The notes under the pieces are model-generated. The model did no database searches. It was not told the origin of the DNA and saw only the letters and a program-made list of their open reading frames with translations. Below are positions 1-11,183 of a DNA stretch of 64,000 bases, piece after piece (within the stretch, counting starts at the first letter, position 1; every line of letters begins with the position of its first letter). The stretch covers positions 19 through 64,018 of the forward strand of contig RKRR01000078.1 of assembly GCA_007571305.1 (NCBI GenBank), read 5' to 3'. A program made the position numbers and the translations under genes. The DNA comes from Candidatus Poribacteria bacterium. GTDB lineage: Bacteria; Poribacteria; WGA-4E; WGA-3G.

Positions 1-715
1 TTGTTCGTTATCACTATTTCTAAACGTGACGCTGAAGGAAATTGGACACAGAAAGCGGATATGCCGACACCCCGGTCTTTTCTCGCGACTTCGGTGGTGG
101 GTGGGAAAATATACGCCGTAGGTGGGATGCGGAGTCCCAATCGGCTGAAAACCGTGGAGGTCTATGATCCCGCGAAAGACATATGGCGGAAATCGCAAAG
201 TTTGAGGAATGCGCGTAGCGGGCTGGCAACCGGGGTCGTTGAGGGGTCATCTATGCGATAGGGGGAATGGGATGGCCCCCATTGCCAATCGTCCAGGGCC
301 CTATCTCGCCAGTGTTGAAGCGTTCAATCCAAAAGCCACTCAAGCACTCTGGCGTGAAAAAGCCGAGATGCCTACCCCAAGAGGAAGTCTCACGGTGAGT
401 GTGATAAATGAAAACATCTACGCCATCGGCGGGGGGATCCGGGAAAACGGTCCTTTTATGTTTATCTCAAAGATTGAAAGATACGATACGCAAAACGACA
501 CGTGGAGACAGCTCTCTGATATGCCGAGTGGCAAACTTGGACATGCGGCAGGGGTCATAAATGGGCAGATATACATTTTGGGAGGGCGTCGTGCGGATCA
601 TAACGGTGAGCTGTCCACTGTCGAGGTTTATGATCCGGGCGAAGTTTCTCAGAGCGTCACCCCAACAGGAAAACTTATCAAGACGTGGAGTCTTCTGAGG
701 AAGGTCTTGGAATGA
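1..715 (+). CDS. Kelch-repeat beta-propeller protein, 5' truncated by the window and frameshifted near 241-280
   Basis: Kelch repeats (MPTPR...GGKIYAVGG...VEVYDP) in ORFs 1..261 and 209..715. Adding one G at GAGGGG and one C at CCCCC restores GVIYAIGGMGWPPIANRPGP. C-terminal tail SVTPTGKLIKTWSLLRK. Confidence 0.85.
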
Positions 716-1368
716 GAGAGAAGGTTGTTTTAACTCACGACCGGCAAGTTCTGCACCGTTCATTGTGGGGCCTTTTTGCTTTTTTTGAAAAAACATCTGT
801 AGAGTCTACTGAGAGAAGAAAAGCCCGCTTCTCATTCCGTGTCGAGACGTAGAAGGCTCCGAGCGACTGGAGCAGCTCCGCTGAGGAATAGAGATGCAAA
901 CACCCCGGAGGAATGTCTTCCGTCTCTACTCCGAAGAATACCTGTCCATCAAAGCGATAGTCAGAATCAAATTGATGAATACCCTTCAATTCTACTGGTC
1001 AAGCTTCAACAAGAAAGTGGGGAAGAAATATGCTTTTTGGTATTCCTCTGGGTTTGGATGACGCACGTATCCGTAAGACGGTTGAGATTGATCATGAATC
1101 ACCTCAATTCAAAACGTCGGAAATACAGGGCGCAGCACCGGTTCCCACCTACATTATGGAATTTATGAGAAAAAAACAGGAAGGTGGGTGAACCCATTTC
1201 CGTATATATTTAACCTGTAACCCACGCTCTCACCTTAACAAGACGAACACAAAATCGGGGGCTGCGTATAACGATGCGGATCGGAAACCAGACATACCCG
1301 AAAATTGCGTAAGCTCTATACACATCGGGGTAATCTCGTATTACCCGGAGAAAAAAGGAGTCTGGAAA

Positions 1369-2706
1369 ATGCCTTATTTTAAACCTCTATTTTGGGGAGC
1401 GGTATTATGTCTCTTCGTATTCCCTATTCTCACATCTGCCCAAGATGAACTCATCCTTATCTCCCCTCACCCTGAAGGCATTGAGGCAGAATTCGGCACA
1501 AATTTCGAGAAATGGTATCACGAACAGACCGGTAGAACCGTCGAGACGGATTGGCGAGATGTCGGCGGGACCTCCTCCAACTACCGATTTATTGAATCGG
1601 AGTTTAAACGGGTACCCGACGGTATTGGTATTGATATCTTTTTTGGTGGGGGTACCGATAACTACCTCCGCCTCTCAAACATGGGATGGCTGCACGCTTA
1701 CAAACTCCCTGAGGCACAACTTGCCCAGATGATGCAATCCTTCCAAGGAATTCCACTTTATGATGCCGAGTATCAGTGGTATGGCGCGGCGTTATCCAGT
1801 TTTGGTATTATGTACAACGAGGAACTCCGTGAACTGCTCCAACTTCCAAAAGCCACGGCATGGCAGGATTTAGGCGACTTGGCGTTGCTCGGTAGAATTG
1901 GTGCCGCCGATCCCAGAGAAAGCGGTTCTGCACACATGGTGTACGAGATTATCCTTCAAACCCTTGGATGGGAAAAAGGATTCGCACTGCTGACGAAAAT
2001 CGGCGCGAATGTTCGCGGTTTCTCCGCAGGTGCCAACGCCATTCCAACAGATGTCGTCGCTGGACAAGTTATTTATGGGCTTGCAATCGATTTTTACGCC
2101 TACGGTCAAATCGCTGTCGTCGGGGCGGATAAAATCAAATATGTTGTTCCAACTGATGGTGCGGTCATCAATGCTGATCCAATTGCAATCCTCAAGGGTG
2201 CACCGAATCTGCCGGTCGCGCAAAAGTTCCTTGAATTCGTCTTATCGGAAGACGCTCAGAAGCTCTGGATGCTCCGCGATACGGACTCGGAGGGACCCGA
2301 ATGGAAAGGGGGTTTAAATCGCGCGAGTGTATTGCCAGCACTTTATGACAAGTTGGGAGAAAGATGTACCGTTCCAAATCCATTCAGTACAGAAGCGAAT
2401 CTATTTCAATACAACTCAGATAAAGGCAGTAACCGATGGGATATTGTCAATGGTCTCTTCGGCGTTTTGATCATCGATTCTCATAAGGATCTCGTCAGCG
2501 CATGGAAAGCGATCCAGAAGTCTAAAGATCCGGCAAAACGCGATGCCGCAATCGCGGTGCTCACGAAGATGCCTATCACTGAAGCAGAAGCGATGCAGAT
2601 GGCGGCTACTGACTGGAAGGATCCGAGTATTCGTAACGAAAAAATCAAGGAATGGGGGCAATTTGCAAAAGAAAAATTCAAAGAAGCACGGAATTTAGCA
2701 AAATAG
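1369..2706 (+). CDS. ABC transporter substrate-binding protein (Fe3+/AfuA-like)
   Basis: Signal peptide; DIFFGGG, ADPRESGS, DPIAILKGAPN..A.KFLEFVLS motifs; AAGGAG RBS. Confidence 0.85.
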   Translation: MPYFKPLFWGAVLCLFVFPILTSAQDELILISPHPEGIEAEFGTNFEKWYHEQTGRTVETDWRDVGGTSSNYRFIESEFKRVPDGIGIDIFFGGGTDNYLRLSNMGWLHAYKLPEAQLAQMMQSFQGIPLYDAEYQWYGAALSSFGIMYNEELRELLQLPKATAWQDLGDLALLGRIGAADPRESGSAHMVYEIILQTLGWEKGFALLTKIGANVRGFSAGANAIPTDVVAGQVIYGLAIDFYAYGQIAVVGADKIKYVVPTDGAVINADPIAILKGAPNLPVAQKFLEFVLSEDAQKLWMLRDTDSEGPEWKGGLNRASVLPALYDKLGERCTVPNPFSTEANLFQYNSDKGSNRWDIVNGLFGVLIIDSHKDLVSAWKAIQKSKDPAKRDAAIAVLTKMPITEAEAMQMAATDWKDPSIRNEKIKEWGQFAKEKFKEARNLAK

Positions 2707-2713
2707 GGATGGG

Positions 2714-3829
2714 TCATCGCTGTCGTGATGCCATATCAAACCCGACTGCGGCGACGAGTACGATGCCTTTGATGATGTCTTGCCACGAGGCATCCATGTT
2801 CGCCATGCTCATCCCATTGTTGAGGCTCTCCATGACAAGCGCACCTAAAATCGCCCCAAAGATGCTCCCACGTCCCCCCATTAAACTGGCACCACCAATA
2901 ACACATGCAGCGATAGCATCTAACTCCAGTAACCGTCCTGCTTCTGGACTGGCACTTCCGACACGCGCTGTCATCACAACCCCAGCAATTGCCATCAGTG
3001 CACCCATCGTTGCAAACACCCGTAGCGTAATTCTACGGACGTTGATCCCAGAGAGGTACGCCGCTTCCGCATTTCCACCGACTGCATATACATAACGTCC
3101 AAAACGGGTGTGGTTGGCGATGAAATGAAATACAAACGCTAAACCGAATAGAATGCAGACTGGAACGGGAATCCCTTTGTGAGTATTCATTACGGAGATA
3201 AACGCCACAATGAGTGCGGATGTTCCGATGACCTTCAATAGAAGAACTCTTAAGGATGTCTGTTCAGTACCGTACTGTAGTTGGGCGGTTCGCTGTTGGT
3301 AAAAACGGTATCCGTTGATACCCAATCCAACGCCCATGAGTCCCCATCCAAGTGCTGACGAAAGATAGGCGTTCCCGATTGCCTTGAGCCAATTGTCTGG
3401 AAGTAGGATGGTCTCACCTTTGGTGAACGCTAACATCAAACCACGATACGCCAAAAATCCGCCTAATGTGACGATAAACGCTGGGATTCGCTGATATGCT
3501 ACGAGGTAACCCTGCATCAACCCTATCAGAATCCCGATGCAAATGACGGCAATGAGTGTCAGGATGATCGGTTGCCCCCACCACACGTGTACAATCGCGG
3601 CAATGGCACCGAGCAATCCGGCACCGTAACCGACAGAGAGATCTATATTCGCAGAAACGATGACGAAAGTCATACCAACAGCAAGAATAGCTGTGACCGC
3701 GGCTTGGCGGGAGAGATTGGATAGGTTCCGAGTACTCAGGAAGGTGCCGCCGGTCAGAAGCGTGAAAATCACCCAAACACAGACAAGGGCAAGCACCATG
3801 GCGTACATGCGGAGATTTAGATGCTTCAT
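2714..3829 (-). CDS. Sugar ABC transporter permease (XylH-like)
   Basis: NIDLSVG, TRFGRYVYAVGGN.EAAYLSGI, ELDAIAACVIGG.SL.GG.G motifs; multiple TM helices. Confidence 0.9.
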   Translation of the reverse strand: MKHLNLRMYAMVLALVCVWVIFTLLTGGTFLSTRNLSNLSRQAAVTAILAVGMTFVIVSANIDLSVGYGAGLLGAIAAIVHVWWGQPIILTLIAVICIGILIGLMQGYLVAYQRIPAFIVTLGGFLAYRGLMLAFTKGETILLPDNWLKAIGNAYLSSALGWGLMGVGLGINGYRFYQQRTAQLQYGTEQTSLRVLLLKVIGTSALIVAFISVMNTHKGIPVPVCILFGLAFVFHFIANHTRFGRYVYAVGGNAEAAYLSGINVRRITLRVFATMGALMAIAGVVMTARVGSASPEAGRLLELDAIAACVIGGASLMGGRGSIFGAILGALVMESLNNGMSMANMDASWQDIIKGIVLVAAVGFDMASRQR

Positions 3830-3894
3830 TTTATATTCAGCCGCTTAGATTGTGGCATCACTTGGATATTGTGAACGGTAAGTTTAGTTTCGCG

Positions 3895-4656
3895 CTAACA
3901 CCTAAAGAGTTTCTGAAAATTTTTTGTCGTTGTTTCGCCGATTGTTTCTACAGAGGTGCCGCGGAGTTCTGCAACCTTCTCTGCCACAGCATGCACGTAT
4001 GCGGGTTCGTTCCGTTTCCCGCGTCGAAATTGTGGGGTCAACCACGGACAATCGGTTTCTATTAGGAGTTTATCTGTTGGCACTTCTTGTGCAACTGCTT
4101 GGACATCTTTGGCATTCGGATATGTTACAATCCCTCCAATACCGATGTAGAAGCCGATGTCAAGACTTCTGTGCATTAATTCGACATCGCCGGTAAAGCA
4201 GTGCAACACGCCTTGAATTTTCCCTTGCCGTGCTTCTAAAATGGGAAGGATGTCCATATAAGCATCGCGATTGTGGATGACAATCGGCATCTGCATCTCT
4301 TCTGCGAGATCCAACTGTTTTTCAAATGCCTCTTTTTGCACTGGGCGCGGTGAGAGATTGCGATAATAGTCTAATCCCATTTCACCAAGTGCAATTACCT
4401 TCGGGTGTGCAGCAAGTTCACGAAACGTCTTTAGCACATCGGGGGTTAGATCCTTTGCATCGTGCGGATGCATCCCAACAGTGGCATAGATATGCGTATG
4501 TTCTTCCGCCAATTCTACAGCACCGAGACTGGTTTTCATGTCAAACCCTATGACAAGAATATGAGAGACAGAGGCTTCCTGTGCGCGTTTTAGTGTTGCG
4601 TCGCGATCACGGTTAAATTGGGAGAGTTGGATGTGTGCGTGTGAGTCTATAAACAT
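3895..4656 (-). CDS. tatD: TatD family metal-dependent DNase
   Basis: DSHAH, GMHPH, GEMGLDYY, HNRDA, HCFTG, ETDCP motifs. Confidence 0.93.
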   Translation of the reverse strand: MFIDSHAHIQLSQFNRDRDATLKRAQEASVSHILVIGFDMKTSLGAVELAEEHTHIYATVGMHPHDAKDLTPDVLKTFRELAAHPKVIALGEMGLDYYRNLSPRPVQKEAFEKQLDLAEEMQMPIVIHNRDAYMDILPILEARQGKIQGVLHCFTGDVELMHRSLDIGFYIGIGGIVTYPNAKDVQAVAQEVPTDKLLIETDCPWLTPQFRRGKRNEPAYVHAVAEKVAELRGTSVETIGETTTKNFQKLFRC

Positions 4657-4701
4657 TTCGGTTCCTAATCTGGGTTTGAAAAGGATGCTAAAACTGAAAA
4701 C

Positions 4702-5412
4702 CTACATCAGAGGTGTTCGGATGACGGTCTCAAACGTATGTGCGCGGGGCGGTTGTGTCACGAGAAATAGGATAAGATCCGCGACATCCTCTGGAAGCGT
4801 GAGATGTTCTATCACATCGTCCGGGTGGTTATCGCGGCGCATCTTGGTATCCACAGGACCGGGACAGACAACCGACGCTTTTACACCGTGTGGTCTACCT
4901 TCATTGTTGGTCGTCTCGGTAAAGCCGACAACGGCGAATTTGGAGGCACAATACGCACCGCCGTTGACGTGTCCAAATTTGCCGGAGACCGAGGAGACAT
5001 TGACGATGTGTCCATAGTTCTGCTCACACATGTGGTTGAAAACGGCTTGTGTACCGAGGAACACGCCTTTGAGATTGACTGCCATCGTCAGGTCCCAATC
5101 TTCTTCTCTTATCTTCGGAATTGGATTGTGGATTGCGACACCTGCATTGTTGACCAGGATGTCCACCTTACCGAAGGTGTCAAGCGTTTGGGCAACCATA
5201 GCATCGACATCCATTTTCGATTGGATATCGGTTTTGATAGCCAATGCACGCCTACCGAGTTGCTTTACTTCCTCGGCGACAGCGGCTATCTCGGTATCAG
5301 TCCGTGCGGCGAGCACGATGTCTGCTCCTTCTCTGGCAAACGCTAAGGCGGTTGAACGACCGATTCCACGTCCGCCGCCTGTGATAATCGCGATACGGTT
5401 TTCAAGTTTCAC
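4702..5412 (-). CDS. SDR family oxidoreductase
   Basis: TGGGRGIG, NNAG, YCASK motifs. Confidence 0.92.
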   Translation of the reverse strand: MKLENRIAIITGGGRGIGRSTALAFAREGADIVLAARTDTEIAAVAEEVKQLGRRALAIKTDIQSKMDVDAMVAQTLDTFGKVDILVNNAGVAIHNPIPKIREEDWDLTMAVNLKGVFLGTQAVFNHMCEQNYGHIVNVSSVSGKFGHVNGGAYCASKFAVVGFTETTNNEGRPHGVKASVVCPGPVDTKMRRDNHPDDVIEHLTLPEDVADLILFLVTQPPRAHTFETVIRTPLM

Positions 5413-5503
5413 GGGTTTTCCTCAAAGTTTTTTGGTTTTTCGCAAGGCGTTAAATCAGGTAGCTTATTCATCAATGGAAAGGCACATCAATATCCAAACC
5501 TGC

Positions 5504-6589
5504 CTACGACACCTGATACGGTGCGAGTTTCTCTTTATTGAATAGAATACCGTGCCCCGGACGCTCAGGCGGAGAGAAGTGTCCGTCTCTGAGTGTTAAG
5601 GTATCATCAAGTACCGGGTCAAGTGAAGGGATGTACTCAACAAAGAGCGAATGTGGCACAGCGGCAGAGAGATGAACGTGCAAATCCATCAGGAAGTGAG
5701 GTGAGACAGAAAGTCCAAAGCATTCCGCTGTATGTGCAACTTTCATCCATTCAGAGATACCGCCGACGCGGACAGCGTCAACTTGTATAATATCGGCTGC
5801 GCCCTGTGCAATATATTCCTTAAAAACGTATTTATTGTAGATGGTCTCGCCAATAGCAATCGGGATAGTGGTTTTCTCACGCAATCTCACATGGCTGTCC
5901 ACATCATCTGCCTCGATGGGTTCTTCAAACCAGAAAAGGTCTGCTTCTTCGACACGACATGCGAGTTGAATGGCTTCGCGTGCGTTCCACTTCATATTGG
6001 CATCGATCATAAGGTAGGGTTCCTGTCCAATTGCTTTTCTGACAGCAAAGATTCGTGCCACGTCCTCATGGAGGTTGTCCCGTCCTACCTTAATCTTGAT
6101 ACCTTTGAAACCTTGCTCCACAAATTCCACGGATTGCCTCACGAGTTCTTCCTCGGAAAGGTGTAGCCAGCCACCAACTGTATTGTAAACCGGGACAGCA
6201 GATCTTGCTCCACCGAGGAGTTGGTAGAGTGGCACCCCTGCTCGCTTTGCTATGAGATCCCAGAGGGCGATGTCCACTGCTGCCATCCCTAAACCGACAA
6301 TTCCACCTCTGCCTACCCAGTGTGTCTCCATCCACATCCGATTCCAAATTCGATCTATGTTGGAGGCATCCTCTTCTAGCAGGATAGGTGTGAGGTAGGC
6401 ATCCATAGTCTGCTTAATCGCTTCTCCACCTTTACCAATAGTGTAAGAGAATCCGGTCCCCACAACGCCATCTACATCTTCAATCTCGATGAAAGGCAAC
6501 TCCATAGAGACGAAAGTTTGGATGGCATCAACGCGTTCAACTTCGGGGGGGATGTCGTAAAGGGATGTCCGAACAGTTTTAATTTTCAT
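5504..6589 (-). CDS. Mandelate racemase/muconate lactonizing enzyme family protein
   Basis: AAVDIALWDL, KIK, DAN, FEEP, GE motifs of the enolase superfamily. Confidence 0.9.
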   Translation of the reverse strand: MKIKTVRTSLYDIPPEVERVDAIQTFVSMELPFIEIEDVDGVVGTGFSYTIGKGGEAIKQTMDAYLTPILLEEDASNIDRIWNRMWMETHWVGRGGIVGLGMAAVDIALWDLIAKRAGVPLYQLLGGARSAVPVYNTVGGWLHLSEEELVRQSVEFVEQGFKGIKIKVGRDNLHEDVARIFAVRKAIGQEPYLMIDANMKWNAREAIQLACRVEEADLFWFEEPIEADDVDSHVRLREKTTIPIAIGETIYNKYVFKEYIAQGAADIIQVDAVRVGGISEWMKVAHTAECFGLSVSPHFLMDLHVHLSAAVPHSLFVEYIPSLDPVLDDTLTLRDGHFSPPERPGHGILFNKEKLAPYQVS

Positions 6590-6763
6590 TTTTTTAGTAT
6601 CCCTCGCGGATGAGATGCGAGTTCCGTGATTTGACGGTTTCCGTGTTTGAGTTGAAGAAACACCCCAACAAAAGTCCTGCGCCGGTGTCGCAGGCTCACA
6701 GTTGTCTCATCCTGAAAATCCTTTCCCTCTTGTGGGGGACTAAGGGGTAAATCCTGATTCAGA

Positions 6764-7639
6764 CTATCCTCTCTCTAAATTCTCGACCATCGCCAGCAAA
6801 TTTTCAATACAGATACGTGAGGCTTCTTCACCGGACTCAGAAAATGCTTGTCCTGCTGGACGGTTAAGAATGGCCTCGTCAATTTTTAGTGAGGGCCGCC
6901 AATGCGTTTCAAGGGTAAGATGCCCTTCGTAACCGTCATCAATGAGGGCTTGCAATTGCCCTTGCCAGTCGATGATGCCGTCGCCGACCGGAACAGATTC
7001 TATTTCGCCAGTATCGGGATTTGGTCCTGCGTCCTTGAGGTGTGCGTGAATCATAGTCGGTTTCATACGGTTGTAGGCATCAGGATATGGAGTTTCGCCA
7101 CCCTTCGCGTGTGCTTCATTGGCAGGATCCCAGATACCGCGGATATTTGGAGCGTCAATCTGCTCGATAAATTCCGCTGTAAGCTTAGCTGTGCGGAGAG
7201 AAGTAGTGGATTCGTTTTCCATACCCAGGATGATTCCTTCACCATCTATCATTCTGCGCGGTTCATCATAAGAAGCGATAATCTCATCCCATCGTTCCTC
7301 GGTTTCACCGGTGTCCCAGAAAACGAAAGTGCGGATGAGATTTGTATCAAACGCCTTTGCTGTCCGTATGGACCCTTTGAGTATATCGAGATGTTCTTCC
7401 CGTTCCGCGGTGTTGTCCATATCGCATTTAAAGAATGGAGATGCGACCCCAATAATCTCGATGTCTGTGCCATCGAGCAAACGTTTCATCTCGTCGATGT
7501 CGTTATTGGTGAGTTCATGCGGGAGTTTGTCCCAGACAGAGCGAATTTCGATAGAGTGTAGGTTGAATTCTTTTACAAAATTAACAACGGTGGCGAAGTC
7601 TTGTGAGACTTCGTCGTTGATAACGCCGAGTTTAAACAT
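6764..7639 (-). CDS. Sugar phosphate isomerase/epimerase (AP endonuclease 2 TIM barrel)
   Basis: MENE, WDPAN, HAHLKD, LETH metal ligands; start set at MFKLG behind AAGGAGAG. Confidence 0.85.
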   Translation of the reverse strand: MFKLGVINDEVSQDFATVVNFVKEFNLHSIEIRSVWDKLPHELTNNDIDEMKRLLDGTDIEIIGVASPFFKCDMDNTAEREEHLDILKGSIRTAKAFDTNLIRTFVFWDTGETEERWDEIIASYDEPRRMIDGEGIILGMENESTTSLRTAKLTAEFIEQIDAPNIRGIWDPANEAHAKGGETPYPDAYNRMKPTMIHAHLKDAGPNPDTGEIESVPVGDGIIDWQGQLQALIDDGYEGHLTLETHWRPSLKIDEAILNRPAGQAFSESGEEASRICIENLLAMVENLERG

Positions 7640-7878
7640 AGTTATATCTCTCCTTTGAAACTTTTCCGATATGTTAGCACAGCGTGGTGTTAATAGCAAG
7701 CGAGATTTTAGTTAGCAAGCAGTAAGAACCAGCAGTCGGGAATCGGAGTGTTTTGCTCGGGTGTTTCCACCCTCCTACAGAGAACTGAATGCCCTCATGT
7801 TTATGAAATTGGCTTGCAATGTGGGCAAAAAATGTGCTAAAATGGCATTAATTGTAGCGTTGCATAGCGGAGGAAAAA

Positions 7879-10800
7879 ATGATGAATTACAGAGAATTGT
7901 CGCTCCCACAACATCAGAAAAAAGAAATTCATCGGACTTTACTCAATGCTTCCGATAGAGCCGGTAGCGTAGATAGTGAATCTATATTGCGAAGCCTTCA
8001 AGAGCTCACCACCGACGACACAGACATCCAGACCTGCCTTGCAGATATCGTCATCCGCTTATTGAAAGCCGCTATAGACTCACCCAACCCTGAAGCCGCT
8101 TTAAATCGTTTTTCACGTTTTGCAGAAGCATCGTTTAATCGCAGGGCACTCTATCAACTCTTGCGAGATGCACCGCACTTCATACGTCCTATCATCTTAA
8201 CTTTTGGTGCGTCCACCTATCTGTCTGAGATCCTCATTCGCACGCCTGAATATTTCTACGACATCATTGATCCGAATGTGATGGAGAATCAGAAGAGCTC
8301 CGAGATGATGTATCAGGAGCTTGGCCAATCAATCTCACGGTTCGCTTCGGTCGAGCAGAAACTCCGCATCTTGCGGCGGTATAAACGACGAGAGACGCTT
8401 CGTATTGGACTGCGCGACCTGCTTAAGATGGCAGATGTTGAAACAACAACGTTAGAGTTGAGCAATTTGGCAGAAGCGGCACTGCAACACTGCTACGAAA
8501 TCGGGCGTGACCAGATTATGAAACCGAAGTTCGGGACACCGTTGAATGAAGAAAGCACTGCCCCGTGCCGTTTCGCTATCATCGGGATGGGAAAGTTAGG
8601 CGGCTATGAACTCAACTTCAGTTCCGATATTGATCTCATTTTTGTCTACTCAGACGACGCGCGGACAGATATGGGAAATGACAATAGTGAATACTTCTCA
8701 CGTTTGTGTGAATTTATCATCAAGGCGATGAGTGAGATAACCCCAGAGGGCTACGTCTTCCGTGTTGACATCCGCTTGCGTCCGGAAAGCAGCGCAGGTG
8801 TTATCATTCGCTCTATGGAGAGTTACGAAAGTTACTATGAAGGATGGGGTGACTTGTGGGAACGTCAAGCTTTAATTAAAGCCCGTCCTGTTGCCGGAGA
8901 TATGGCTTTTGGCGACGAGTTCATCCGCATGATTCAACCGTTTGTGTATCAGCGTTATTTAGATGGTGTGACACTCACCGAGATTAAGGCAGACATCCGA
9001 CGTACCAAAGCCCGAATAGAAGAGCGGCTTGTCAGTGAAGGGTCGAATCTCGAGAAACATGTGAAACTCGGTCCAGGTGCTATTCGTGATATTGAATTCA
9101 CCGTACAGTGTCTTCAGATGATTCATGGTGCCAAGCAAAAGTCATTGTGTTCGCACAACACCTTGGAAGTACTTGCAGCACTCAAAGCGAGTACACTGCT
9201 CAGTGCGGAGGATGCGGACGCGCTCATGACGGCTTATAGATTTTTACGCACCGTTGAGAACTGCATTCAAATTGAAGCTGATCAGCAGCGCTACCTGATT
9301 CCAGAAAGAGAAGCGGAAGAGCGGGAACTCGCCCGGCGCGTGGGATACCAACATACCGCAGAAACTGATGCATTAGAGGTGTTTCGAGAAAATTATCGTG
9401 CCCACACCGAACAGGTACGCCACATTTTTAACAAGATTACTGCGACTTCGATCCAGTCTGAAGATGGGCTTGACATCGCTGTTCTACTTTCCGAAGAAGA
9501 CCCGCAACAATTAGAGACCTTTTTGAGTAAGTTCCGCTTTGAAAATGTAAGAAATGCGCAGCGTCTTTTAAGACAACTCGCGAACGGTGGAGACGGGATT
9601 CAATTCTCACCAAGTGTCCGACGCACCTTTTTCGCACTCGCACCGACACTCTTAAATATCTTACGCGACTCTCCTAATCCGGATATGGCACTCCGTTACC
9701 TCTCGGCGTTCACGGACAAAGTGGGTGCGCGGAGCAGCTACTACACAATGTTCGCTGAAAAGCCGTCAACACTTGAAGTACTGACCCGTGTTTGTGGCTC
9801 AAGCTTATATCTCGCAGATATGCTCATCGCGAGTCCCGAACTCTTCGATCTGCTGACGGTACCTACGTTGATAGAACGCTCTAAGACACTCACTGAGAAA
9901 CAAGCGGAGGCGTTGCAAGTGACAACTCAGCCACCTGAAGGGCGAATGCTGTCCATGTTGCGGCGGTATAAGAACGACGAGATTTGGTGTATCGCCCTAC
10001 GAAACATCCTTGGGAACGCGACATTGCCAGATACAACGCAAGAACTCTCTGATTTGGCTGAAGCTATTTTGCAAGCCATCTATCCAGAAATTGAAGCAGA
10101 ACTCCGCGAGAAGCACGGCACGCCACTTGCCCCTGATGGAACACCTGCAACGTTCGCTATCATTGCAATGGGTAAATTTGGCGGACGAGAATTGAACTTC
10201 AGCTCAGACTTAGACGTTATGTACGTCTACTCGGCAGATGGTGAAACGACACAAGGTATGCCAAACGTGGAGTATTTTTCAGATGTCGGTTTGGAGTTAG
10301 TAAATCGACTTGCTGGAAATCAAGGGATGGGTATCTACGAAGTCGATTTGCGACTTCGTCCGCACGGGACAGGTGGTGCGATTGCAATGTCGTTGGCAGG
10401 CTACCAGAATTACTACGATAACACCGCAGAAGTTTGGGAACGTCAGGCATTAACACGTGCGCGCGCCGTCGCCGGAGACATGGAACACCTCGGAAACCAA
10501 TTTTTGGAAACCGCCCAGGCTTTCTGTTATGCGGATGCTCTCATGTCTGAGGAGATCGCCGAGATCGTGCATACACGTCAACGACAGGAAGCACAAGCGA
10601 CTCGAAGGACATCTACCCGACGTAGAAGGCGTGGCAAAACACAGACATCTACAGTTAATGTCAAGTCAGGATACGGCGGACTTGTGGATATAGAATTTGT
10701 TGTTCAAACCCTTCAATTGGTGTATGGCAGCGGAGAAACTTCTGTGCGTGTGCAAAACACACCCCTCGCAATTGATAGATTGTATAAGATTGGGGTGCTG

Positions 10801-11049
10801 ACAGAAGAACAGCGCGATGGATTAGGGGAAGCGTATCAATTTCTCAGACGCGTTGAAAACGCCTTACGAATTGTACACGACCGAGCACTGGATGCGCTTC
10901 CTAAGAATCGTGCGGAACTCGGACAACTGGCGCGTCGTCTCGGATATACAGGAGGGAACGACAAACCCGCGGCAGAAACTTTTTTACGGGATTACGGAAG
11001 GTGGACGGAAACGACCCGTGCCCTTTTCAATCAGATTCTTGTTAAGTGA
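7879..11049 (+). CDS. glnE: Bifunctional glutamine synthetase adenylyltransferase/adenylyl-removing enzyme
   Basis: Two NT domains with GMGKLGG.ELNFSSD.D, D.RLRP, WERQAL, and KLGPGAIRDIEF / KSGYGGLVDIEF. Confidence 0.95.
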   Translation: MMNYRELSLPQHQKKEIHRTLLNASDRAGSVDSESILRSLQELTTDDTDIQTCLADIVIRLLKAAIDSPNPEAALNRFSRFAEASFNRRALYQLLRDAPHFIRPIILTFGASTYLSEILIRTPEYFYDIIDPNVMENQKSSEMMYQELGQSISRFASVEQKLRILRRYKRRETLRIGLRDLLKMADVETTTLELSNLAEAALQHCYEIGRDQIMKPKFGTPLNEESTAPCRFAIIGMGKLGGYELNFSSDIDLIFVYSDDARTDMGNDNSEYFSRLCEFIIKAMSEITPEGYVFRVDIRLRPESSAGVIIRSMESYESYYEGWGDLWERQALIKARPVAGDMAFGDEFIRMIQPFVYQRYLDGVTLTEIKADIRRTKARIEERLVSEGSNLEKHVKLGPGAIRDIEFTVQCLQMIHGAKQKSLCSHNTLEVLAALKASTLLSAEDADALMTAYRFLRTVENCIQIEADQQRYLIPEREAEERELARRVGYQHTAETDALEVFRENYRAHTEQVRHIFNKITATSIQSEDGLDIAVLLSEEDPQQLETFLSKFRFENVRNAQRLLRQLANGGDGIQFSPSVRRTFFALAPTLLNILRDSPNPDMALRYLSAFTDKVGARSSYYTMFAEKPSTLEVLTRVCGSSLYLADMLIASPELFDLLTVPTLIERSKTLTEKQAEALQVTTQPPEGRMLSMLRRYKNDEIWCIALRNILGNATLPDTTQELSDLAEAILQAIYPEIEAELREKHGTPLAPDGTPATFAIIAMGKFGGRELNFSSDLDVMYVYSADGETTQGMPNVEYFSDVGLELVNRLAGNQGMGIYEVDLRLRPHGTGGAIAMSLAGYQNYYDNTAEVWERQALTRARAVAGDMEHLGNQFLETAQAFCYADALMSEEIAEIVHTRQRQEAQATRRTSTRRRRRGKTQTSTVNVKSGYGGLVDIEFVVQTLQLVYGSGETSVRVQNTPLAIDRLYKIGVLTEEQRDGLGEAYQFLRRVENALRIVHDRALDALPKNRAELGQLARRLGYTGGNDKPAAETFLRDYGRWTETTRALFNQILVK

Positions 11050-11183
11050 TAATATAACCCAAATTGCCAGTTTGTAGCATCACCTGTTAAAATTTCACAT
11101 ATCTTTCTCTACATTTTTCTTGAGAAATCACAATGAACTTGCTAAAATAGATGCCAATTCATTTTGGAGTAGGGAGAAAATTT

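Noticed and set aside
720-1320. ORF 839..1168 and neighbouring short frames
   Set aside because: No recognisable motif. Possibly a decayed gene plus half of a family B end (TTGCGTAAG at about 1305), but not supportable.
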